From contig JAWSVN010000003.1 of assembly GCA_033851875.1 (NCBI GenBank), forward strand, positions 53 through 64,052: DNA of 64,000 bases, given 5' to 3'. Below, one piece after another: positions 34,998 through 41,898 of the stretch. The notes beneath the pieces were generated by a model. The model was not told the DNA's origin, did not search any database, and was given only the letters and a program-made list of their open reading frames with translations. Origin of the DNA: Acidimicrobiales bacterium. GTDB taxonomy: Bacteria; Actinomycetota; Acidimicrobiia; Acidimicrobiales; SZUA-35. The stretch's first letter is position 1. Each line of letters begins with the position of its first letter. Position numbers and translations under genes: made by a program.

Positions 34998-37037
34998 ATG
35001 ACCCGCCCGGACGACGGCGACGCCCTCGCCATCGAACAGGCGATGCTCGATCGCGCCCACGGACTGCTCGAGGCGATGCAGGCTCGCGCCGACGAGGTGC
35101 GGGCGGTCGCCGACCGGGCGGTCCGCGACGAGAACACCGCCGACGCTCGCGTCGCGCAGTGGAAGATGCAACAACGGCAGGCCGCGCTCACCGCGGGTGC
35201 CGGCCCGCTGGCGTTCGGCCGGATCGCCGACGGCGACGACGAGTGGGTGGTCGGACGCCGGCACGTCGAGGCCGCCGACGGCGCCCCGTTCGTCGTCGAC
35301 TGGCGAGCCCCCATCGCCGCCCCGTTCTACCGAGCGACTGCCGTCGACCCGTGCGGGCTCGAGTTCCGTCGGCGCCTCAGCGTCGAGGGCCGCGAGGTCG
35401 TCGCTGTCGCCGACGAGGACCTGACCGACCCCGACGGTGAGGTCCGCGGCGGTCTGCCCGACCCCTTGCTGGCCGAACTCGATCGCGAGCGCACCGGGCG
35501 GATGGGCGACATCGTCGCCACGATCGCGGGCGAGCAGGACGTGATCATCCGGGCCGAGCTCGACCGGCTCGTCGTGGTCCAGGGCGGACCCGGCACCGGT
35601 AAGACCGCGGTGGGCCTCCACCGGGCGGCCTTCCTGCTCTTCGCCGAACGCGAACGGTTCATGGACCAGAACGTGCTGGTGATCGGACCCAATCGAGGGT
35701 TCCTCCGCTACATCGCCGACGTGCTGCCGTCGCTGGGGGAGACGTCGGTCTCGCAGAACACGCTCTCCGGACTGATGGCGGCTCGCTATCGGCTGGCGAC
35801 CGAACGCGATCGGCCCGCCGACGCCGACGAGGTGGCCCACGTGAAGGGCGACCCCCGCATGGCGGGCGTGATCGCCAACCTCGTCGCAGCGAGCCGCAAG
35901 GTGCCCGATGAACTCGAGCTGCGGAGCGGCGTGGCCAAGATCCGGCTCGCCGGGGCCGACGTCGACGCCCTGATGAAGACGGCCCTCGCCCGCGACCTGC
36001 CGTCGAACGCGGGGCGTGAGGTGTTCCGGCAATTGTTGGCTCAGGAGGCGTGGCGTCGTCAGCGGGAACGCCCCGGCGTCGATCCGGCCAGCCAGCCCGA
36101 CTTCGTGCGCGGCATCACGTCCGACGCCCAGTTCGCCAAGGATCTCAACTCGATGTGGCCCACCCTGTCGGGGGCGAACCTCGTGCGCGACCTGTTCCGG
36201 TCGAAGACCAAGCGGCGCCGAGCGTGCGCCGGCCTCTTCGCCGACGACGAGGCCGATCTGTTGGCTCGGCCGGTCGCCAAGAAGCTGGCCGACGAGCGGT
36301 GGTCACCGGCCGAGATCCCCCTCGTCGACGAGGCCGTGGCCCAGGCGCAAGGCGTGGCCGCCAGCTACGCCCACATCGTCGTCGACGAGGCTCAGGACCA
36401 CAGCCCGATGGCGTTGCGCATGCTCGGCCGCCGGGCCCGCGGCCACTCGATGACGATCCTCGGTGACCTCGCCCAGGCCACCGCGGTGCAGGCGGTCGAC
36501 GACTGGTCGGTCGCCGTCGAGCACCTCGGGGTCGATCGCGACGCCACGACCGTCGAGATCGATGAATTGACCGTCGGCTACCGCGTGCCGGCGCCGGTCC
36601 TCGATCTCGCCAACCGGCTCGTCCCGGTGGCGGCGCCGACGGTCACCCCGGCGCGGTCGGTGCGGCCCAGCGCCGTGGAACCCCTCGTGGTCGAGGCGTC
36701 GGCCGACGAGCGAACGAGCCTGGTGTTGGCGGAGGTCGAGGCGTTGGCCGAGCGGATGACGTCGGTCGGGGTGGTCGCCCCCGACGAGGACCTGGCGGTA
36801 CTCGGCGCTGCGCTCGCGGAGCTCGACCTCGGCGACACGGTGCTGCAGGTCCTCGACGCCGACGCAGTGAAGGGCCTCGAGTTCGACGCCGTCGTGGTGG
36901 TGGAGCCGGAGGGGATCGTCGCCGACGTCGCCGACCGGGCCCGCGGGCTGCGGCGGCTCTACGTCGCACTCACCCGTGCCGTGCAGCACCTCGGCATCGT
37001 GCACACCCAACCCCTCCCGCCCGAACTCGCCCCCTGA
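34998..37037 (+). CDS. helD: HelD-like UvrD-family ATPase (RNA polymerase recycling motor)
   Basis: N-terminal coiled coil, then VVGRRHV...APFVVDWRAPIAAPFYRAT, Walker A GGPGTGKT and VVDEAQD. The architecture is typical of actinobacterial HelD. Confidence 0.8.
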   Translation: MTRPDDGDALAIEQAMLDRAHGLLEAMQARADEVRAVADRAVRDENTADARVAQWKMQQRQAALTAGAGPLAFGRIADGDDEWVVGRRHVEAADGAPFVVDWRAPIAAPFYRATAVDPCGLEFRRRLSVEGREVVAVADEDLTDPDGEVRGGLPDPLLAELDRERTGRMGDIVATIAGEQDVIIRAELDRLVVVQGGPGTGKTAVGLHRAAFLLFAERERFMDQNVLVIGPNRGFLRYIADVLPSLGETSVSQNTLSGLMAARYRLATERDRPADADEVAHVKGDPRMAGVIANLVAASRKVPDELELRSGVAKIRLAGADVDALMKTALARDLPSNAGREVFRQLLAQEAWRRQRERPGVDPASQPDFVRGITSDAQFAKDLNSMWPTLSGANLVRDLFRSKTKRRRACAGLFADDEADLLARPVAKKLADERWSPAEIPLVDEAVAQAQGVAASYAHIVVDEAQDHSPMALRMLGRRARGHSMTILGDLAQATAVQAVDDWSVAVEHLGVDRDATTVEIDELTVGYRVPAPVLDLANRLVPVAAPTVTPARSVRPSAVEPLVVEASADERTSLVLAEVEALAERMTSVGVVAPDEDLAVLGAALAELDLGDTVLQVLDADAVKGLEFDAVVVVEPEGIVADVADRARGLRRLYVALTRAVQHLGIVHTQPLPPELAP

Positions 37038-37112
37038 CGCTGCTGCCCTGCGCTGGCGCGGCGCCGCCCGGCCTCCGCCCGCGGCGCCCAACCCGGCCGT
37101 CGCGAGTGCCGC

Positions 37113-37165
37113 CCCCGAACTCTCCCGAGTTCTGTTCAGTTCTGACGCTTTCGCGGCAGAGTTCG
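37113..37165 (+). repeat. Palindromic intergenic repeat, copy 1 (left inverted repeat of the DUF559 cassette)
   Basis: ccccgaactctcccgagttctgttcagttctgacgctttcgcggcagagttcg. It contains the hairpin GAACTC-tccc-GAGTTC and matches the reverse complement of 38006-38058 at 48/53 positions. Confidence 0.9.
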
Positions 37166-37175
37166 CGGACGACGG

Positions 37176-37912
37176 CTACTTCGACGAACACGCGAGGGCG
37201 GCAAGGATGCTGTCGATCACGGCCTGCGGACGCTTGATCACGTCGCCGTGGGTGAACCGGAGTACTCGCCAGCCGTGCTCGACGGCTCGCCGGTCACGGT
37301 CGCGGTCTCGCTGGAAGTCCGCTCGGGTGCTGTGCCAGCGCCTCCCGTCGAGCTCGATGATGAGTCGGGCCGACGGGATCGCTGCGTCGACCACCCCCTG
37401 CACGCCGTCGTGCCACGGCGGCCGGAAGTGGAACTCGACGCCCTCGACCCCGGCGTTGGCCAGGAGGCGGGCGCACGCCTCCTCGAGCACCGAGTCGGCG
37501 GCCACCGGCTCCCGATCTGTGAGCGAAGCCAGCGCCCGGTTGCGGCGTGCCGCACCTCGACGCCCTCGCTTCGTCCGGCTCCCGAAGTCGGTCTGGAGTG
37601 CGGCGACGCCCCCGACGCTGCCGAGAGGTGAACCGTGCCGTCGTCGACCTGGATGCCGAGGAGCTGGGCTGCCGTCTGGTGCGAGAGCACCGAGCCATCG
37701 ACGGCCAGCAGCGCAGCGACACATCGGGCACGGTGTTCGTCGGGGTGCTCGGCGAGCGAGACGACGCCCCGAGCGTGGGTCGTCAACAGGCCCGAGCGGA
37801 GGTAGCGCCGGATCGTCGAGCGCGAGATTCCAGCCCGCTCGAGATCGACCATCCGGGCCGCGTGGTTGACGGACAGGTGATTGACGAGGTCGACGGCGAT
37901 CGTGCGTGTCAT
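37176..37912 (-). pseudogene. Frameshifted/internally truncated DUF559 (Vsr-fold endonuclease) gene with AbiEi-like N-terminal HTH
   Basis: The N-terminal 120 or so aa are coherent in the frame of ORF 37238..37912 (LERAGISRSTIRRYLRSGLL...VHLS). The C-terminal DUF559 motif (ARLIIELDGRRWH...RDRRAVEHGWRVLRFTH) is in the frame of ORF 37176..37952. The central segment typical of the family appears to be missing. Confidence 0.6.
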
Positions 37913-38005
37913 GCGGTGCAGCTCCGGGCCGGGGTCTTCCGGCGACGCGCACGTCGCGATCTCGCCGACCCTACGGAGTCGACGCTCGCTCGGGACGCCC
38001 TGCGT

Positions 38006-38058
38006 CGAACTCGAGCGCGAACGCGTCAGAACTGAACAGAACGCGGGAGAGTTCGGGG
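38006..38058 (-). repeat. Palindromic intergenic repeat, copy 2 (right inverted repeat)
   Basis: The reverse complement, ccccgaactctcccgcgttctgttcagttctgacgcgttcgcgctcgagttcg, matches copy 1 at 48/53 positions (35/36 over the first 36 nt). Confidence 0.9.
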
Positions 38059-38070
38059 CTGCGTGGCCGG

Positions 38071-38253
38071 CTATTCGGGTTCGGCGGTGTCGACGGCGGT
38101 GTTGGCGTCGGTGTCGGCGGTGGCGTCGCTCGGGACGAGCGGTGACCCGTCGGGCAGGGTGAAACAGCCGTCGACCGAGAAGCCGTCGACCGCCTCGACG
38201 ACGTCGATGCCCTCGTCACGTCGCCAGAACCGGAGCTTGTCGAGCCAACCCAC
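38071..38253 (-). CDS. Small acidic hypothetical protein (60 aa)
   Basis: GTG start and consistent high GC3. No recognisable domain. Confidence 0.4.
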   Translation of the reverse strand: MGWLDKLRFWRRDEGIDVVEAVDGFSVDGCFTLPDGSPLVPSDATADTDANTAVDTAEPE

Positions 38254-38488
38254 GCAGCGACCCTAGCCCGCCGCCGTCTCCGGGAATCGTCCTCGATCTG
38301 GAGAAGATCTGGAGAAGTCCTCCAAGACCCCGAAACCTGTGTCGCTCAGGATGGTTCCCATGCGGCACCAGTACATCGACCGAGACCGGCAGCAACGCCT
38401 CGCCCGTCCTTCGGTCCGGCGCGAGCGGCAACCGTCGACCGCTTCGGCCCTGCTGCGTTCGGAGGGAACGGCAGGGTCGGAGCCGTCC

Positions 38489-39130
38489 GTGGATCCCGAG
38501 GTGGCCCGGCTGGCGAGGCGGTTCGCCGCCGGTGACGAGGCGGCGATCCGAGAGCTCCACGCCCGATACGGCGCCCGAGTGTTGGCAGCTGCCCGTCGCG
38601 TGGTCGGCGATCGTCGATTGGCCGAGGACGTGGCGCAGGAGACCTGGCTGCGGGCGTGGCGTCGGGCGCACACGCTCGATCCTCGGCTGCCGATCGAGCC
38701 GTGGCTGTTCCGGATCGCCCGCAACACCGCGATCGATGCGCTCCGCCATGCCGGTCGGCGGCCGGCGGGCGCGCCGCTCGACGAGCCCGAGCTGCTGCGG
38801 TCGAGCGACGACCTCACCGACCCCGCCAGCGTCGGGGAGCGGCTCGCCACCCGGTGGGCCGTGAGGGCCGCCATCGAGCACCTCCCCGACGGTGAACGAG
38901 ACGTCGTGCGGCTCCACCACCTCCACGGTCTCACCCACGCCGAGGTGGCCGACCGACTCGGCATCAGTGTCGGCACGGTCAAGTCACGGTCGTATCGGGC
39001 CCACCGTCGGCTCGCCGCGGTGCTCCGAGATCACCGGCTGGATCGTCAGGACGGGGCGACGGTGGCGAGGAACTCGTCGACGACCGAGAGGAACCGGTCC
39101 CAAGCCGGCTCGTCGGCCTGCAGGATGTGA
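38489..39130 (+). CDS. ECF-type RNA polymerase sigma-70 factor
   Basis: Region 2 (EDVAQETWLRAWRR...PWLFRIARNTAID) and region 4 (ERDVVRLHHLHGLTHAEVADRLGISVGTVKSRSYRA). The GTG at 38489 is preceded by GGAG at 6-nt spacing. The longest ORF starts at 38339. Confidence 0.8.
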   Translation: MDPEVARLARRFAAGDEAAIRELHARYGARVLAAARRVVGDRRLAEDVAQETWLRAWRRAHTLDPRLPIEPWLFRIARNTAIDALRHAGRRPAGAPLDEPELLRSSDDLTDPASVGERLATRWAVRAAIEHLPDGERDVVRLHHLHGLTHAEVADRLGISVGTVKSRSYRAHRRLAAVLRDHRLDRQDGATVARNSSTTERNRSQAGSSACRM

Positions 39131-40266
39131 TTCCGGCTCGGCAGCGAGACCAGCTCGGCGTCGGGGATCAGCGACGCGATCTCCCACGCATTGGCGGCCG
39201 GCACGCGGAGTTCGTCGCGTGAGTGGACGAGCAAGGTCGGGCACTCGACCTTCGGAGCGAAGTCGGTCACGTCGATGTGGGCGAAGGTCTCGAGGAACGA
39301 CACGGCGTTGTCGGGCGAGGTGGTCTTCGCCTGGAGGTCGTTGAAGGCGTTCCATTGCGAGCGGTCTGCGTCGGGCATGAACTGCGACGCGAACACCTGC
39401 ATGAAGGGCGAGTCGGGGATGCCCCAGCCGGCTCGCGCCAGCTCGACGTCGAGCGCCGCCTGACGGAGCTCGTCCTCGGTCGTCGCCCGCACCAGCCGGC
39501 CGCGCGGGTAGGCCCCGACCAGCAGGAGCCCGCTGACCCGCTCGGGGAACTGCGCAGCGAAGGCGATCGCGACGGCCGCCCCCTGGGAGATGCCGAGGAG
39601 GGGGAAGCGTTCGAGTTCGAGGTGGTCGGCGAGGGTGTGGAGGTCGCGCACCCAGGTGTCGAAGGTGAAGTCGTCGACGTCCCAGTCCGAGAGGCCGCAG
39701 CCTCGTTCGTCGTAGCGGATCAGGCTGCAGCGGGTGCTGAGGTCGTCGATCCAGTGCCGCCAGATCGGGCTCTCGCGATCGAACTCCAGATGGGTCATCC
39801 AGTTGGCGGCCTTGAGGAGCACCGGACCGTCGCCCGACGTTGCGTACCCGAGGCGGGCGCCGTCGTCGGTCTCGACGAAGCGGATGACGTCGCGCGTCCT
39901 GGGCGTCGGCGGCTGGCTCGCGCCAGGGCTGTCCTCGTCAGGGCCGTCGTCGTCCACGCCCTCGGCGACGAACTGGAAGCCGCGGCCGAAGACGGTCTTG
40001 ATCACGGCCTGCCGGCGCCCATCGTCGCCGAGCGCCTTGCGGGCCATGTTGATGCGGGTCGACAGCGTCGACTCGGAGACGAAGCGGTCACCCCAGACGG
40101 CGTCGAGCATCTCTTCCTTGGTCACCACCCGGTGGCGGTTGGCGACGAGGTGCGCGATCACGTCGTAGACCTGCGGCTCGACGTGCACCGGTGCACCGGC
40201 CTGGCGGACTTGGAACTGCTCGACGTCGACCTCGAAGTCGCCGAACCGAAAGGCGGGGGTTGCCAC
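39046..40266 (-). CDS. Fusion protein: OmpR/PhoB-type winged-helix DNA-binding domain plus alpha/beta hydrolase
   Basis: N-terminal FGDFEVDVEQFQV...TRINMARKAL...TVFGRGFQF (trans_reg_C-like). The C-terminal hydrolase has a GISQG nucleophile elbow. Confidence 0.8.
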   Translation of the reverse strand: MATPAFRFGDFEVDVEQFQVRQAGAPVHVEPQVYDVIAHLVANRHRVVTKEEMLDAVWGDRFVSESTLSTRINMARKALGDDGRRQAVIKTVFGRGFQFVAEGVDDDGPDEDSPGASQPPTPRTRDVIRFVETDDGARLGYATSGDGPVLLKAANWMTHLEFDRESPIWRHWIDDLSTRCSLIRYDERGCGLSDWDVDDFTFDTWVRDLHTLADHLELERFPLLGISQGAAVAIAFAAQFPERVSGLLLVGAYPRGRLVRATTEDELRQAALDVELARAGWGIPDSPFMQVFASQFMPDADRSQWNAFNDLQAKTTSPDNAVSFLETFAHIDVTDFAPKVECPTLLVHSRDELRVPAANAWEIASLIPDAELVSLPSRNHILQADEPAWDRFLSVVDEFLATVAPS

Positions 40267-40355
40267 GCGACAAGGATGGCGCAGATCTCATGGGGCGGCG
40301 AGCGGGGCAGCGGAAAGCGGCACAGCCAGGGAGTCCCGTGGGCGATACTCGTCCC

Positions 40356-40892
40356 ATGACGACTGCGTCGCGGTGGGCGGACCCAGCTTGCTCACCTCCT
40401 TCGATCCGGCGGATCACCATGGACGACTGGCGGCTGCTCCGGTCGCTGCGGCTGGCAGCACTGTCGACCGATCCGGGCGCGTTCGGGTCGACGTACGAGC
40501 GCGAGGTCGCGTTCGATGACGAGGAGTGGCAGGCGCGGGCGGGAGCGGCCGCCACCGGCGCAGGGTCGTGCTACCTGCTGGCCGAACAGGACGGCGAGGT
40601 CGTCGGCCTGATCGGGGCCTGGTGGCCGAGCGATGCGGAGTTCCCCGAGATGGTCTCGATGTGGGTCCGACCCGAAGCTCGTGGCGGAGGTGTGGCGCGT
40701 CGGCTGGTCGACGGTCTGATCGAGTGGGCACGAGACGTCGACGCCGCCGGCATCGGGCTCTACGTCACCCTCGGCAACGACCCGGCCGAGCGGCTCTACC
40801 GCAGCGCCGGGTTCGACGACTGGCCCGACGGCAGCGGCGTGTCGATCCACCCGTGCAGCGACGAGCGTCGAATGCTCCGCCGGCTGCCCTGA
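40356..40892 (+). CDS. GNAT family N-acetyltransferase
   Basis: VVGLIGAW...MWVRPEARGGGVARRLVDGLIEWA (acetyl-CoA binding R/Q-x-x-G-x-G/A) and ERLYRSAGF. ATG at 40356 (alternative 40419). Confidence 0.8.
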   Translation: MTTASRWADPACSPPSIRRITMDDWRLLRSLRLAALSTDPGAFGSTYEREVAFDDEEWQARAGAAATGAGSCYLLAEQDGEVVGLIGAWWPSDAEFPEMVSMWVRPEARGGGVARRLVDGLIEWARDVDAAGIGLYVTLGNDPAERLYRSAGFDDWPDGSGVSIHPCSDERRMLRRLP

Positions 40893-40920
40893 ATTTTCTC
40901 TTGACAATCTGGAAAGAGAA

Positions 40921-40951
40921 CGCTTGAGTTTCCAACATGGAAACTCAAGCG
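40921..40951 (+). promoter_or_regulatory. Perfect 13-bp inverted repeat (5-nt spacer) spanning the start codon of the 40937 gene; candidate operator or translational hairpin
   Basis: cgcttgagtttcc-aacat-ggaaactcaagcg. The ATG at 40937-40939 sits at the loop/stem junction, and TTGACA at 40901-40906 lies upstream. Confidence 0.6.
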
Positions 40952-41440
40952 GCGTATCCGAACCTTCCCGACCCGGCCGAAGCAGCTGCGTCGGCGCGAC
41001 GAGCGCAGGTGCTCGTCTACACCCGAGGCCCAGCGACGCCTCGCTGGCTCCTGGTGGCGACCGGGCTGTGGGCGACGCTGTACACGGCGTCGTTCGCCGC
41101 CGGCGACTGGGTGCAGATCGGAGCGCAACTCGTTGGGGCGGCGCTGATCGGCGCCTTCGTCGCCTACCAGCAGAAGCGCCGCGGGGTCGTGCCTTCGATG
41201 TCGGCGGCGCCGACGCCGATCAGGTCGGCGTTCCGCCTCTGGTTGCTTGTCTACGGGCTCTCGGTCGTCGCCGTCGTCGTGGTCTTCATTGGAGTGAACT
41301 GGTGGGTCGCGAGCCTGCTGGCTGGCGTCGCCTTGCCGCTTGTGACTTGGGACTACGAACGGCGCTACGCCATCGCCGGACGTCAGGCCGAGGCCGAGGC
41401 CGGGATCGAGTCGGCGGCCGAGCCGGGCGCGGGGGAGTAG
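40937..41440 (+). CDS. Membrane protein of unknown function (about 4 TM)
   Basis: Hydrophobic helices. It lies 2 nt upstream of the HTH_34-like regulator gene, so the two look like an operon. Confidence 0.6.
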   Translation: METQAAYPNLPDPAEAAASARRAQVLVYTRGPATPRWLLVATGLWATLYTASFAAGDWVQIGAQLVGAALIGAFVAYQQKRRGVVPSMSAAPTPIRSAFRLWLLVYGLSVVAVVVVFIGVNWWVASLLAGVALPLVTWDYERRYAIAGRQAEAEAGIESAAEPGAGE

Positions 41441-41442
41441 CG

Positions 41443-41772
41443 GTGCTCGACGCCCTCGACCCGGTGCTCACGCCCCCGAAACGGTTGGCGATCATGGGCA
41501 TGCTCGGCGCGGTCAGTCAGATCGAGTTCGCGTTCGTGCGCGACACCCTCGAGCTCAGTGACTCCGATCTGTCGAAGCAGATGAAGGCCATCGTCGACGC
41601 CGGCTACGCCACCGTCCGCAAGACGGGTAAGGGCGCCGACCGGCAGACGTGGTATTCCCCGACCAAGCCCGGCAAGACCGCCCTGGACCGCCATTTCGAG
41701 GCGCTGTCGGCTCTCGCGAACGCCCCGGCCATCGGCGACGCTGCGGCCGTCGAGGCGTCCGGGGCGGGCTGA
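41443..41772 (+). CDS. Winged-helix transcriptional regulator (HTH_34/ArsR-like)
   Basis: GTG at 41443, in the frame of ORF 40924..41772. KRLAIMGML...FAFVRDTLELSDSDLSKQMKAIVDAGYATVRK...TWYSPTKPGKTAL matches the HTH_34 pattern. Confidence 0.7.
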   Translation: MLDALDPVLTPPKRLAIMGMLGAVSQIEFAFVRDTLELSDSDLSKQMKAIVDAGYATVRKTGKGADRQTWYSPTKPGKTALDRHFEALSALANAPAIGDAAAVEASGAG

Positions 41773-41776
41773 CGCT

Positions 41777-41829
41777 CGAACTCGTACGAGTTCTGGTCAG
41801 ATCTGACGCAAACTCGTACGAGTTCGCGG
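41777..41829 (+). repeat. Palindromic intergenic repeat, copy 3 (diverged) between convergent genes
   Basis: cgaactcgtacgagttctggtcagatctgacgcaaactcgtacgagttcgcgg. The core is 28/33 identical to copy 1. It contains the perfect palindromes GAACTCGTACGAGTTC, TCAGATCTGA and AACTCGTACGAGTT. Confidence 0.85.
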
Positions 41830-41898
41830 CACCGGAAGTTGGCGGGCCCGGGAGTCAGCCGCCGGGGCTGGCGCTCGGTGGTAGCCGGTGGGTCCGGG

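Noticed and set aside
33039-36032. 997-aa minus-strand ORF
   Set aside because: It is antisense to three plus-strand genes with clear domain signatures (EEP, DUF2510 membrane protein, HelD). The translation is Gly/Arg/Pro/Asp-rich with no motifs, which is a typical high-GC shadow ORF.
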